A DNA stretch of 64,000 nucleotides from the human T2T-CHM13v2.0 reference genome, Homo sapiens, in NCBI RefSeq assembly GCF_009914755.1, contig NC_060929.1. One strand, given 5' to 3'. Under the pieces are notes generated by a model that saw only the letters and a program-made list of their open reading frames with translations, did not search any database and was not told the origin of the DNA. Of this stretch, positions 38,951 through 54,556 are shown one piece after another. How positions within the stretch are numbered: position 1 is the stretch's first letter; every line of letters starts with the position of its first letter. A program made the position numbers and the translations under genes.

Positions 38951-40059
38951 GGTATCACCAAGAATTAGGGATTCTGGCAGGAAGAAGAACCCCCCAGAAA
39001 GAAATTAAATTTCCTTAGAGAAACAGAGAGGGAGGGAACATAACCATACCCTCCTTGGTCCCATTCCTGGTGCCCCCACCCTTCCCACTGACCACATTAG
39101 ATATCTCTGAGGTCAGAGACCATTGCAATGGGTTTTGTGGGACTGCCCTAATTCTCGAGTTTGGTTGGGATTTTGTGGCATTGATTTCCGTTAGATTTGA
39201 CATCGCCTGGCCTCTCAAACTCTTTTTGTTTTGGAAAGCGTTTTATTATGATGGTATTTATTCTACTTGGCAGGGCCTCACTCTGGAGAGGTCTGTGAAG
39301 AAAGTGGGATTTGTTGGTATGACTTCTTCCCCACCCTCTCTTGGCCAAGCCCTTCTTCTCTTTGCATTTTCCTTCCACTGCTTTTCACATTTCTGCTGTC
39401 TCTCTCTCTCTAACCCCGAACTGGCCCTACAGGCCAAGGAATCGCCAGCCTTTTCCAGGACCTGAGCTGAGTTTTCATGTAAAAAAGCTGTCACAGAAAG
39501 AGATAGTACTTTTAGTGTCACCTGCTTTTTTTTTTCTTCTTTTTTTAGAAAATATATGGTCAAAGCTAATAGGATCTCAGAAAAGCCCTTAAAATGTTTA
39601 TTTTCCCTAATTATAATGGGAAATAAATAAAATATATTTATATTACCATAAATAACATACAAAATCAAGGTGCTTTAATATAAAAAAATCAAGATGCCCT
39701 GAAAACTTCCATTTAAATGTCACAGAGTGAACAGATGTATTAATTTTGGTTTCTTCCCCAAACTCAGCTAAAATGACATTGATTGAATGAAGGTGGTAAA
39801 ACCCACAAAGACAAAGAAAGTGGGAAAATGAGAGAAGTCAACAGAATGCAAGCTGGGATGCAGAACTCATAAGGGTCTTCTTAGAGCCAAAGGAAAGCCT
39901 GGGAGGCAAGAGGATAGAGAATCATAAAGAGCAAGTCAGCTCACCCCACAGAACCTCTGGCATCTTAGGAATTGGAGGCTCAGAGCTCCTCTGCAAGCCA
40001 AGGTGTAGGTGGGTCTGAACATAGGAGGATGGGTTTAAGTCTGATTAAAGAGCAACTGG

Positions 40060-40441
<382 letters not shown>

Positions 40442-40937
40442 TTAATCCAGCAGAAAACAGAATGTGTCCTCTCCAGAGAGTTGAAACTGAGACATTCTGG
40501 GCTCAGGACACAGCTGGGCACAGAGACAGAGAACATCACATGTGCTTTATTAAAAGCAGGGGGATTAAGTGAAAGATGCTACACTGAATGTGGAGGACTC
40601 CAGCTGCCTTCCAGCGCTCAGCTCCCAGAATGCAGCAGCCAGGCTCACCGCACTACACATTAGATTGTTGTTCTCAGGGAAAGTAGACCAGCACAAGAAA
40701 AGAATCCCACAGTTACTGCCCTTTGGGTATCCCCAGTGGAGTGGTGGTGGGTCCTTTCTGGTCAGTATTTCTCTCTTAAGTCAAAGAATAGCCAAAGGCT
40801 CCCCTCGATGTAGTCAAAGACTAAGCATGGCTTCTAACTTGAAATGTAGATAGCAAAGTAAATTAACAGGGAAAATAAAACACTGAGAAAACAAAGACAA
40901 TGCAGTGAAAAAAAGATTTAAAAAATATGTCAGTATT

Positions 40938-41206
40938 CACTTTGGGAGGCCAAGGCAGGCAGATCGCGAGGTCAGGAGATTGAGACCATCCTGGCTAACA
41001 CGGTGAAACCCTGTCTCTACTAAAAATACAAAAAATTAGCCAGGCATGGTGGCGGGCACCTGTAGTCCCAGCTACTCAGGAGGCTGAGGCAGGAGAATGG
41101 CGTGAACTCAGGAGGCAGAGCTTGCGGTGAGCCGAGATCGCGCCACTGCACACCAGCCTGGGCGACAGAGCGAGACTTGGTCTCAAAACAAACAATCAAA
41201 CAATAA
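40938..41206 (+). mobile_element. 5'-truncated AluY
   Basis: Starts at cactttggga (A box lost); gaatggcgtgaac, gagcttgc; TSD gtcagtatt. Confidence 0.95.
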
Positions 41207-41280
41207 GTCAGTATTTTCTTCATAGAGATAAAACATTATCTCTATGAAACAATAAGAGGATGGTATAGAAAAGGAACGAG

Positions 41281-44200
41281 TTTTTCTCCCAGCTTTGTTG
41301 AAGTGCGATTGGCAAATAAAAACTGTATATATTTAAGGTGTACAAGATGATGTTTTGATATACATATACTTTGTAAAATGATCACCACAAGCAAGCTAAT
41401 TAGCAGCCCTCACATAGTGACCTTTTTGGAGGTGGAACGCTTGAGGTCTACTCTCCTGGCAAATTTCAAATATAAAATACATTTCTAACTATAGGTACAA
41501 ACTACATTTGTACCTTTTGAACAACATCTCTTTCTCCCCACACTCCAGTTTCTGATAGTCACCATTCTACTTTCTGTTAATATGAGTTCAACTTTTTTTT
41601 TAGATTTTACATATAAGTGAGATCAGGCAGTGTTTGTATTTCTGTTTGTCTTATTTCACTTAGCATAACGTCCTCCTGGTTCATCCATGGTATCACAAAT
41701 AGCAGGATTTCCTTCTTTTTAAATGCCAAATAACATTCCATTGTGTACATATACCACATTTTCTTTAGTCTTTCATCTGTTGACGGATTCTTAGGCTATT
41801 TCCGTATCTTGGCTATTGTGAATAATGCTACAATAAACAGGGGAGTGCAGATATCTCTTCAAGTTAGAAATTTTACTTCCTTTGGACATATACCCAGAGG
41901 TGTAATTGCTGGATCATATGTTAATAATACTTTTAATTTTTTTGAGAGACTTCCATTCTGTTTTCCACAATGACTGTATCAATTTTCTTTCCCACCAACA
42001 GTGTGCAATAGTACCCTTTCTTACACACCCTTGCCAACATTTATCTTTTGTTTTTTTGATAACAGCCATTCTAACAGGTATGAAGTAATATTTTATTATA
42101 GTTTTGATTTGCATGTCCCTGATGATTAGTGATGTTGAGCATCTTTTCATATACATGTTGACCATATGTATGCCTTCTTTGGAAAAATGACCATTCTGGT
42201 CCTTTACTCATTTTTTAATTGGGTTATTTGTTTTTTGGTATTGTGTTCTATGAGTTCCTTACACATTTGGGATATTAACTATCTTGCTGTTTTCCTTTAT
42301 AATTTGATTATTTTCTGTAGTAGTGTGCTTTAATTCCTTTGTATCTTTTGTGTATTAACTACAGATTTTTGCTTCAGGGTCACAATGAGACATAAGAGCC
42401 TATTTAAGCCAATAACAACTTAACTTTGAATGCATACAAAAAGTATACTTCCCCTCCCCATTTAATGTATTTGATTTCATAATTTACATCTTCTTATATT
42501 GTGTATCTATTAGCAAGTTATTGTAGCTATAGTTATTTTAAGACTTTTGTCTTTTGACCTTTATGCTAGAATTAAAAATAATTTACACATCTTGATATTA
42601 CAATATTAGAATATTGTGAATTTGGCTATATACTTACCTTTACCGGTGGGCTTTATACTGTCATATGTTTGCATTTTATTAGTTAGCAGCCTTTTATTTC
42701 AATTTGAAAAACTCCCTTTAGCATTTCTGGTAAGGCAGGTCTAGTGGTAATGAACTTCCCCAGTTTTTGTTTGTCTGAGAAAGACTTTATCTCTTCTTCA
42801 TTTCTAAATGATAGCTTTTCTAGCTAAAGTGTTCTTGGTTGCCTTTTTTTCCCCAACACTTTGACTATATCATCCTACTCTCTCCTGGCCTGTAAGGTTT
42901 CTGCTGAGAAGTCCTCTGATGATCTTACAGTGTTCTTTTGTATTTGGTGAGTTTCTTTTCTCTTGCTGCTCTCAAAATTCTTTCTTTGTCTTTGATTTTT
43001 GAAGTTTTTATTGCAACAGGTTTGATGAAGTACTCTTTGGGTTGAACCTGTTTGAAGACATTTGAGCTTCATATACCTGGACGTCCATATCTCTCCCCAC
43101 ATTTGGAAAGTTTTCAGCCATTATTTCTTTAAATAAGTTTTTTGCCCTTTTCTCCTCTCCTCCTCCTTCCATAAGACTTATGGAACACATGGTTCTCAAC
43201 TTACAGTGGTCCAACTTAAAACTTTTCAACTTTATGATGCCATGAAAGCGATACACATTCAGTAGAAACCATGCTTCAAGTACCCATATAATCATTCTGT
43301 TTTTCACTTTCAGTACAATATTTAATAAATGACATGAGATATTCAGCACTTTATTATAAAATAGGCTTTTTGTTAGATAATTTTGCCCAGGTTTAGGCTA
43401 CTGTAAGTGTTCTGAGCATGTTTAAGATAGACTGACTGAGCTATGATGTTAGGTAGGTCAGGTGTATTAAATGCATTTTTGACTTATGATATTTTCAACT
43501 TATGATGGGTTTATTGAGACATAACCCCATTCTAAGTCAAGGAGCATCTCTAGCAATTCTCTTAATGGCATCCCACAAATTCTGTAGGCTCTCTTTTCTC
43601 TTTCTCATTCTTTTTTCTTTTGTGACAGGATAATTTCAAATGACCTGTCTTTGAGTTCATAGATTCTTTATTTTCTGCTTGATTGAGTCTACTGTTGAAG
43701 GCCTCTATTGCATTTTTCACTTCATTCATTGTATTGTTCAGTTCCAGAATTGTTTTTTTAATCATTTCTTTTTGTTGAGTTCATTGTTTTGTTCATGTGT
43801 TGTTTTTCTGATAATGTTGAGTTATCTATCTCAACAAAGAGAAGGGTTATTCTCTTCTAGCTCACTGAGCTTCCTTTAAACAATTATATCAAATTCTTTT
43901 TCAGGGAATTCATAGATCTCCATTCCTTTGGGAGTGGTTACTGAAAAATTGTTCCTTTGTTGGTGTCATGGTCCTTTGTTAGTGTCACAATTATTTTCTG
44001 TGTTCCCTGAAGTGTTACCTTGCTGTCTTTGCATTTGAAGAAGCAATTACCTCCTCTAGTCTTTACTGACCAGCTTTGAGAGAGAAACACCTTCACCAGT
44101 CAGTCTGACTAGGGATTCTGAGACTCTCTCCTAACTTTTATATGAATATTCCCCCTCCACACCTCTTGTTCTGTCTTGGGGGGTGAATTATTAAGATTCT

Positions 44201-45003
44201 CTGCCTTCTCTTGGTCCTGCAGAGCCAAGCCAGGTGCTGAGATCCTCTCATTTGTTTTCCCAAGATGGTGCCCTGAAATACTCAACTTTGTGTACTTTTT
44301 TCCTATCTTGCCAAGTCAGGCTGTCTGTCTGCATGTACTTGTAAACCTCCTGCTGAGATGCACACTTTCAGTCCATGAGGCCACAAGTGGGAAGCTGGCA
44401 TGGGGGTAGGGGAGATATGTGAGGCATGCATAACATTGCAGAGGCCTGTGGGCCAGCTGGGGAGTCTGCATGTGTGTTGTCCCAAGTAGTTTTGGACAAG
44501 CTTCCTGATGAAGTTCATGAAGCAGTTAATAAAAACTGCATCCCTTTTCTGAATACTGAGTATTGGTTGCTATGAGTCTCTTCTCTTCTCTACTCGCAAT
44601 CTCTCCTAACTGCTGAGCTCTACCAACCACCATGGTACTTTGAGTGGCAAAAGAAAGGTGCAGCCCTCTTGGGCAGCATTCCACATGACTGGGGAAGCCA
44701 GGTACTCACTTCCTATGTTCTCAGTTTCTCTCATGGGAGAAATCACAGGCTGAGAGATTCTCTCTTTGTACTGAGCTGTACTGTCCTAGGAGAGGAGTGA
44801 CATGGGTATAGTGAAATTTTTTTTCTTACCCTCTTTAGTGTGCTTTTCTCAGATTTTTTTTCCCCAAAAGTGTGTTGGAACTTCTTTGCTGGATTCTCAG
44901 ACTCCCACAAAGGTAGTATGATCCATTAGTCGTTGTCAAAAGTGATGCTCTGTGGGGAGATAATCGTAGAAAACTCCTATTTCACCATTTTGCTGATGTT
45001 ACT
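41281..45003 (-). mobile_element. L1M (L1MA-age): 5'UTR, ORF1, ORF2 C-terminus and 3'UTR; most of ORF2 missing
   Basis: Peptide remnants MKRCSTSLIIRDMQIKT (ORF2 end), NLFKEIMAENFPN and DFSAETLQARRE (ORF1); 5' end reads catcagcaaaatggtgaaatagg. Confidence 0.85.
43186..43551 (-). mobile_element. MER47A (Tigger-derived) inside L1 ORF1
   Basis: aggtgtattaaatgcatttttgacttatgatattttcaacttatgatgggtttat..taagtcaaggagcatct. Confidence 0.85.
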
Positions 45004-46895
45004 TATACTGAGCTTCTTGAGAGTTAAAAATATGGTAACAAGAATAGAAGTTTCAATAAAAGATCTGTGTGATAAAGTAGAGGAAATATTGAAAGTAGGT
45101 AGAAAAGAGGAGAGAAAAGCTAGAAGACAAAGAGAAAACAGAGGAGATGTATGTAGGAGGTCTTTCATTTACTTAATAAAAATTCTAAAAAAGGGAATAA
45201 AAAACCAAAATGAAAAAATAATACCTAAGAAATAATAAACATATTCAACAACAGATGGACGTGAGTTTCTAGCTGGAAAGCATCAACCAAACTGTTCAAA
45301 ACAATGACATTTAAAGGGCCCTCACAAAGCACAATATTGTTAAATTCCAGAATGCCAGAAATAGAGGTTTTAAAGCTTTCAGAGAGAAGAAATAGGTCAT
45401 ATACAGAAAAGAGAAATCAGAATGGCATGAGACTTTTAAACAGCTACCTTGGAAGTTAGAAGTCAATGAAGTGCCCTTCTATTACTAAGGGAAAATGACT
45501 TTCATTCTAGAATTGCTTTTCCAGATAAACTGTGAATCAAGTGTTAGGATTAAAAGATGCTTTCCAACATGTAAGGTTTTAAAAATGTTACATCTCATGG
45601 TAACTCTTCTCAGTTTGTGTTCAACCATATTGAGAGAATAAAACAACAAATAGAAAATCATGGGATACTGGAAGTGGGGGATCCAATACAGGAGAGAGCT
45701 GAAGGGAATTCCCAGGCTGATGGTGAAAGATGGCCCACAATGACAGCTGTTTGGCAGGTCTAGAAACCCATTACAGGTTGAAGGGAAAAGGTGGAAGTCT
45801 CCACGGTGGATGTTCCTAAGAAGAGTGGAACTGAGAGACTACTAATGGATTCAGGTATATTGAGAGAAATTCTTAGGGCTCCATGGGAGAGTTGGGGGGA
45901 TAAATTAGTGACAGGCACACAGAAAACTAAGCAAAAAATAATGTTAATCCCAATGACAGCAAAAACAAAGACAATTCCAGAAAAAAACCACAAAGTTGTA
46001 CAAGAAAGAAAATAAAGTCATAGTATAGTCACTTCAGTGAGTAATACATAGTTACAGTATTGGGAATGGTGATGTTGAAAATTTAGTTACAATGTTAGAA
46101 ATGCTAGTATTGGACATTTAAGTATTTTTAAAAATACTTAACAAAAGCATGATATAAATGTGTTAGGAGAACAGAGAGAGAGGAAGGGTATGTAGGAAGG
46201 GGATCTGTGTGGGAATGTTAAGACCAGAGTAGAAAGTCAATCAATGAGGTATGAAATGCAAAAATCAGAACGTACTGGTTTACAAACATTATTTTTATAT
46301 ATGGAAGGAAATAACCAAGAGAAATATCCCAAAGCTGAAAGTGATTGGCCCTAGAGAGAAGATAAGGGTTACAAAGAGAAATAATGAGAAATCTTGTTTT
46401 TCCAGTATAAACCTTGTAGAACTATCTGATTTTTAAAAAGATGTTTTATACAAATTACTCTGATAAATTTAAACTTAAGTTTAACAAAGGGAAATAAAAG
46501 CATCTTCTAATCTCACTGTCTGCATATTAATTGTAAATAGTCTAGTGAATATTCTTTTGGACTTTGTTTTCTATGTGTAGTATAACAGAAATATAATTTT
46601 TAATTTTCCCATGATTAGATAGTACTATGCAAATTGTGTTCCATTTCTCTTTTTCACTTGTATCTTGGATATTTTTTCCACCTTAGAGAGGGTAATAGTA
46701 ATACTTTTTAACGAGTTATGTTTTACTAGTCACAACTGCAACTTTTTGCATTGGGGAAATAGCAGTACCTATAAGTAGAAGAATAATTAGGGGCTCCATT
46801 TCTTTGGGCCTTCCCTTCAGCTTGCTTAACATTGGGTATCATTTGTTCAAACTCCTACTTAGGTGTTAATCAATAAGGGCTTAATAAAATATGAC

Positions 46896-47192
46896 TTTTT
46901 TTTTTTTTTTGAGACAAAGTCTCACTCTGTTGCCCAAGCTGGAGTGCAATGGTGCAATCTCGCCCCACTGTAACCTCCACTTCCCAGGTTAAAGCTATTC
47001 TCCTGCCTCAGCCTCCCGGGTACCTGGGATTACAGGCATGCACCACCACACCCAGCTAATTTTTGTATTTTGAGTAGAGATGGGGTTTCACCGTGTTGGC
47101 CAGGCTGGTCTCAAACTCCTGACCTCAAGTGATCAACCCGCCTTGGCCTCCCAAAGTGCTGGGATTACAGGCGTAAGCCATCACACCTGGTC
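46896..47192 (-). mobile_element. AluSx-type with TSD
   Basis: Reverse dimer; direct repeat taaaatatgactt on both flanks. Confidence 0.97.
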
Positions 47193-47349
47193 TAAAATAT
47201 GACTTCTCCCAGAGATATTTATGACTTAATAGATAACTCCCGAAGATTAAAGGACCTTATAACTTTAAGAATGAGCTACTAATGAGGAAATTCCAGGTAC
47301 TTTCATAGAAAGTAGAAGAGATCATTTTTGGGTAGAGGATATCCATTAG

Positions 47350-47522
47350 ATATCTTCTCTCTCTCTCTCTGTGTATATATATATTAAATATATAAAAAGA
47401 TATATAATATATATAAATATATAATTCATACATATACATTATATATAAAATATATGTAAACTCTATGTATATTTCAAATATAAAAATTATATATTATAAA
47501 ATTATATGTTATATGTAGCAAT

Positions 47523-47554
<32 letters not shown>

Positions 47555-47558
47555 TTTT
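47350..47558. repeat. (CT)n, AT-rich low complexity, (TA)n and poly-T
   Basis: Directly visible. Confidence 0.9.
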
Positions 47559-50007
47559 CCTAACCCTGCTTCCTGTGTGAGAAGGGGAACTCCCTATTGT
47601 GGGTGCCCTGCCCCCCACTATGAAAATCCTTCCTCTCTCCCTGTAACCACAGACAACTAGGGCATGGGCACCTGCTCCAGTCCTGACACCCTTCTGCCCA
47701 GGGCTTTGATCTTGAGAGAGCAACACAGAAATGGACAGAGGCTCATGTTTTGTGGTGGTATGCCATGACAGCAGTTGCATCCCCCCTCTTCCTCCCATTT
47801 TTCTCATCTGGTGTCCATGCTGTCATCCGTTGCTGTCTGTTCCTGCTACCCAATCTCTGGCTTTGGGGGTGGGTCTCTGCCGTCCTAGTACATCTCCATC
47901 TTAGGGCTGAGCAGAAACCTAGCTCTTCCATGTCCACAGTGCCAAGAGGCCTCGCTGCAGTGTCTAAGGAGAAAGTAGCAATGACTGGAGACAGTGGAAG
48001 AGGAACACACATCAAAGAACAATACTGCACAGGATAGAACTGCCTTTGGGTCTAGGGCAGATCCATCTTGCTTAAGACCTGCCTTTATGTGACTGGCAGC
48101 AGCAACTATGCCTTCAACTCTCCCCTCTCCTGGAAGTTCTCTAGTCATCTTCCGTATCGATTTCAAACCCCAAACAGAGCAAGAAGTGTTTCCCTCATAG
48201 CTGTATAAGGACTGGCCTCTTCTTAGGATGACCGGTAGTAAGAACACCATTTCTCTTTAGGGGAAACCCCACCCTCTCTGCAGAGCTTTGGTCAGACCCT
48301 GTGGCTCAGATAAGACTATCACAAAGGAGTTTTAGATGGGTACCTTTCCTGAACTCTGGGGAATTGAGTCTTATGACTAACACTTTGCCACCCTAACAAG
48401 AAAGATGCAATTAACAATGCTGTTTGTGATTAGCAGTTGGTAATCTGTCACTCAACGCTTGCACCTGCCTATCTGATGGAGGACCAATACACATGCTCAG
48501 TAATCATAGTCCTAATAGCCAAATGAGTACCCATTATTCACATGCAAAAATTCTGGCTGAAGCTGGAGTAGAATACATAGCTTAGGTCCAAGGCCGATAA
48601 GGCCTTTCCTTCTCATCCTCAATCTAAATCCTGGGACCTCCATGCTCAGGCATGTCAATAGGTAGTGAGAGACAAGGAGCAGACACTGCATTCATTTGCC
48701 CACCAGTGATGTGAGCAAGGATGGCAGGCTTGCCTCAACCATTCACCTGTGGGTGGGCCAGGAGAGCCCACACGAGTAACACTGCTCATGGTATAATAAA
48801 ATGTCAAAGGATGATCAATCAGATTAGCTTCTCCTCTTTTCTTCCCTCTCTGTGGAGGAGTTGGGTAAAGGGTGGAGGGATAGAAGGAAGTATGTCCTTT
48901 CAGGAAAACAAGGAGGAAGACCTTCCCTGCAACATCTAACAGTGTCTGGAACACAGTGGCTACTTAGTAAATGCTTATTAATGAGAAGCAGCAAATGATC
49001 AGATTCTAATGAGAGGCACAAAAAGAAAAGGAACTCAGAGAAGGCTTCTTGGAGGAGAGGGCATTTAGAGTCATCTCCTCCATCCTTCTGTGGCCTATCT
49101 GCATCTGGGGCACAGCCCATGTAAGCTTCAGTAATTAAAACGTTTTCCTAAGTAGCTAATTCACACTAAGAGATATGATCATGAAGTATTACTACCTGTC
49201 ATTACTTTGGTTGGATGTTGGCTAGGACTTTTGGATCAATTAGTAATAGTCATGGAAGTTGGATACAAATAATGATATGATCTGGGATCTGGATGTTCTT
49301 AAATTTTATTCCACTAAAATTATAAAACTCAGGCCTTCTGAAAGATTATTGACAAAAGGAGAGGAAATCTCAATAAAGCCTCCAGGTACACTTGACTAAC
49401 AACTGAATCATATCCAAAAATTATATACTATGTATGGAGGCTTTCAACCCACTGCTCTTCTCAGTAAGTCACCCCTGCAGCCAGTCCACACCCACACACA
49501 GATTTTGGATGACAGGTGGCACAATTGAAAAAAGTGGGTGTCCATAGAGTCAGTGGCAGAAAGGAAGAAAGGCATTGAGGTGGGAGCATTGTGTATGCAG
49601 AAGGAGTGTGCAAGAAACATTCAGGGGATGATGAGCACACCCATTTGGCTGACTAGTTAATCTGCTCATTAATCGCTCTGCCTCTCTGTCAAAAGGAAGC
49701 ATTTCACTCCGGTCCTGAGAAATTGCCTTCCTAAGGAAAGAACGTTATTGATGGAAATTTAGGGGTGTTTGGGGAATATTACTAAAATTTGTGTGTAACC
49801 AAATTTGTGACCTTCTAACAAATGTCCCCCTGTAGACCTGTGAGAAACAATATTAGGGTTGACCCACTCAGTTCATGCTTTTTTTTTTTTCTGTTAAAAA
49901 AAGCCAGCATTTCAAGCAGTGAGTAGACCAGTAAGCTTTACCCCAGGCCTTATAGGTCAACAAACCTGCACCAGGGATCCAAATCTTTCTCAGAGTGATC
50001 ATACCAC

Positions 50008-50491
50008 TGTGTTAGAGTTCTTCAGAGAAACTGAACCAATAGGAGACGATATAGATATGTGGAAAGACTTATGAGGACTTGATTCACTGGATTATGGAGG
50101 CTGAGAAGTCTCATTATCTGATATCTGCAAGCTGGAGGCCCAGGAAAACCAGTGAGGTAGTTGCAGTCCAAACCCAAAGGCCTGAGAACCAGAGGGGCCG
50201 GTGGTGTAAATCCCAGCCAGAGCCTGCAGGCCTGACAACCAGGAACACTGATGTCTGAGGGCAGGAGAAGACAGATGTCCCAACTCAAGCAGAAAGAGCC
50301 AATCCACCCATCCCCTGCCTTTTTGTTCTTTTCAGATCCTTAATAGATAGGATCATGCTTACCCACAGTCTACAGATCCACGTGCTGATCTCCTCCAGAA
50401 ACACCCTCACAGACACACCCAGAAATAATGTTTTATCAGCTATTTGGGCATTCCTTAGCCTAGTCAGGTTGACTCACACAATTAGCCAACA
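50008..50491 (-). mobile_element. MLT2B-type ERVL solo LTR
   Basis: gttcttcagagaaactgaaccaatagga..gattatggaggctgagaagtc..aacaccctcacagacacacccagaaataatg. Confidence 0.9.
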
Positions 50492-50507
50492 TACCAACCT
50501 CACACTT

Positions 50508-50909
50508 ATTTATTTATGTATTTATGTACTTGTTTATTTATATTTTTAGAACTTTTATTTGAGGTTCACAGGTCCATGTGCAGTTTTGTTATATAGGTAA
50601 ACTTGTATCCCAGGGGTTTGTTAAACAGATTATTTCATCACCTAGGCACTAAGCCTAGTACCCAATAGTTATTTTTCTGATCCTCTCCCTCCTCCCACCC
50701 TCCACCTGCTAATAAGCCCCAATGTCTGCTTGTCTCCTCTGTGTATCCATGCATTCTCATTATTTAGTTCTCACTTACGAGTGAGAGCATGCAGTATTTG
50801 GTTTTCTATTCCTGTGTTAGTTTGCTAACAATGATGGCCTCCAACTTCATCCATGTTTTTGCAAAGGACATGATCTCGTTCTTTTGTGTGACTGCATAGT
50901 ATTCCATGC
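50508..50909 (-). mobile_element. L1PA (older primate) 3'UTR, 5'-truncated, with TSD
   Basis: tgttatataggtaaacttg..acagattatttcatcacc..aagcctagtacccaatag; TSD aacctcacactt at 50496 and 50911. Confidence 0.92.
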
Positions 50910-51039
50910 TAACCTCACACTTTTGTTGTTAGGGCAGGCTCTGGGAGCTTTGGGATAAAGGAGACCTTTAAAATTTGCCCCCTTCATTTAGTCATACTAG
51001 ATACAGAGCCTCTAATTGGTCAACAGGACCCACCAGCCG

Positions 51040-51475
51040 CTCCCTCTCCATCTCTATACTCAGGCCTCCTTAGCTTGTGCTGTGGATGAGCTTCCACCAC
51101 ATGGCAGAGGGTAAAGGGGGGGTGGCCACAGTCAGCTCCAAGCTCATATCAACCAAGCCTAGCAACCTTGGGAGAAAAACAATTCCCCCAATCCATTTCA
51201 GAAGATTTAGAAATGTGGAAAGGACTGATTACTATGGCTTGGGTCACTTGCCTATCCTGTGAACCAATCACCTTAGCCAGGGAAATAAAGATGGGCCATG
51301 CACTAATTCTCTCAGAGGGATCATCAGAGTTGGCAGTCCCATCAGACTCACATGGGAAGCCTAACAAGGGGGCAGTGATCCCATGAACGGAGGTGTGTGT
51401 GTTGAGCAAGGCTGTTATCTGAAGAACCAGAGGAGAGAAATACTGATAAACCAAAGTAGCAGATGTCCCCAAACT
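51040..51475 (-). mobile_element. Old MLT1 LTR
   Basis: gactgatt..ggcttgggtcacttgcctatcctgtgaaccaatcac..agcagatgtccc. Confidence 0.55.
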
Positions 51476-53899
51476 GGGAAAGCTAGAAAAGAGAGCAATG
51501 AAATTTAGAATGAAAAGTAAGAAGCAGAACTTGGAGAAACTCCCAAGTAGAAGGCAATACGTTCAAAAGATTTTAGGGTACTGGAGGTTTTAAGTGTGTA
51601 TGGGGAAGGAAGCTGTTAATGGCATTGGCCAGGCCTTGACACTGCTGGAAAAGTGACTTCAAGAGCCAGTCACACTTCTTATATGAAGGTCAGTAGACTC
51701 TTTTTGGCTAGAAGAACAAGGACACTGACCTGTGGGGACATCGTGGTTTTCTTTTTACTAACTTAAGAATAAAGATGTCAGGGTTTCTTTCCCACTGCAG
51801 TGGGAAGTTTCTTTCCCATGGCTGGAGATCACTGAACTGGTAGGAAGATTGCCACGTTGGCCAAAGGAAATCTGCCACTTTTGTTTAAGTCCTGGAGATA
51901 CTCATTGCCTCTAGAAAGGTAGTCCGCATTATGATGTGGTGAGCTCTGATGGAACACCATGGATAGGGAGTGGCACTGAATCTTTAGAAACTCAAAAGTG
52001 AGCAGGGGAACCAGAGGGAAGTTTGGATCGACTGAAAGGACAGTCTGCTGAGTTCCTAGGAAAGGGAAGTAAGTGAAAGTGTCATTTTCCCCTGACATAT
52101 CTCCAAGATAAAATTTTGATGTGATGATACTGATCAAGCTCATTAATTTGTTTGGCACTGGTTACTGAGGTTGAATGATGGAGACTGCTTGGAGTATTGT
52201 GTTAAGAAGAATTCTGAAGCAGTATTGGGCTCAGCCAGGAACAGTGCTATAAATGACAAAGCAAAACCTGGCAGTATCATAGAAATAGAACATGGTAGTA
52301 TGTATCAATCATATTTGCCTTCCCCAGGGAATCTATTTCCCGAGGATTTCTCCCAGGAAACTATTACAAAGGAAGAAAAAAATGCTATATGCCACAAAGA
52401 TGTTCTCCTTGGTGTTATTTACCATAGCAGCAATTTGTTCTGCAGAAGGAGAATGGTCACTTGTCAGAATTAAATTGTTGATCATGAAGGCCATTTGAAA
52501 ACATGGGAAAATATGGGACATAAAAAGCTGAGTAAAAAGAAAACATTTATATACATAATATTTGCAGTGAGATAAAAAATGACATATCACACACACACAC
52601 ACATGTATTTTTGTGCATCTAGGGCTCATTTATTTCATATTCACTTGTGTTTGAAACCCAGCTGCTATTATCACACAGTAGGTACACAATAAATACTTTC
52701 AACTATTTTGTTGCTAGCTTTACATATTTTTTTGCGATAAAAATAGCTTTTCCCAAAAGGAATAAAAACTAAAACAAAAAATTCAAACATCCAAAAGTTA
52801 ACATCCAAAAGTGTTGGTTTTTCTTCTCAGAAATAGCAATTTGTTCTGCTTCTCATCAGTCCCACTTAGGCTCTCTCTAGGACTTAACTGAGCAACTCCT
52901 AAGATCCAAGTTCCCTTAAATTCCTACAGGCAGTGGTCCCACCAACAAAGACTTCTCTACTCTTCCTTTGCCTCCAGATGCTCAGACTTGGGCTTCTGGT
53001 ATTCTGAAAGCATCCTTGTTTATTTTCCTACCAGAGATTGTTGATTTGCCCCAAAGGAAGTTTTTTTCTTCCATTTTGTGTAGTGTGAGTGGTGACTAAC
53101 TATGAGAATGGTCTCAATGGCATCTCTGAGGCCAGAGGAAAGCTTCTGATGCAATTCAAAATTCAGATCTGAAGCCTATGAATATGGTTACTGGGCGTGA
53201 TCAACAGATTGAGGCCAGGTATCAAACAGATCTCAGATATTGACAGAACCTCTGCTCATTGGAATGACCTCTCACTATGAGGGCAAGTGATCAATTACTG
53301 TGTACCTTCACTAACTTCAGAAACTCTCCTAATATTCCCTAATTCCATCTAACAGTATTTTTTTTTCCTCCAAACCACACAAAGCACCCGTAGCCCTTGA
53401 CTAGGAAATTAAAATTTATTTTCAATTTCCTCAGGCAAGGCAAAAGCAAGTGTAAATTAACAGTCTGTAGCTTGTCTGGGACTAGAAAAGCATTGAAAAT
53501 GTAGTGAGGAGTCACAATGTAGGAAAATTGTCCAAAGACAATGCAATATTTAGCTGATGGTAATCTCAGACGATATACTGGCAGGACAGCGGCAGTTGGA
53601 CGAATGGGCAATATCTCTAGAAGCAAAGGAAAAGAGGAGAGGGGAGGCAGTTATTGCAATGATTTAGACCAAGAAAAAAGCCATGGTTTATCTGTCTGTA
53701 CCAATCTAATATACTAGATGACACAATATCTGTCCGTTTCACTGGGTCCAAAATAGTCAACTCACTGTCACATGTAATTTACTCATTGTAAAGTAATAGT
53801 TTTGTCTGTCTTTATTTCTCACCTGAATACCTTCTGTTCCCAGCCCTTTCTTTTTAATAACATCATTTTTTTCTTACCATAACAATTCTTGCGTATATC

Positions 53900-54480
<581 letters not shown>

Positions 54481-54556
54481 CATCCTATAGCACCTTTGAT
54501 CCCTCTTAGATAAAAGAGCTGTTAACATATATGTGTGTTTTCCTTCAGTATTTTAA

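Noticed and set aside
41914-43765. ORFs with L1 ORF1p/ORF2p similarity as functional CDS
   Set aside because: Short frameshifted remnants interrupted by MER47A; the element is dead
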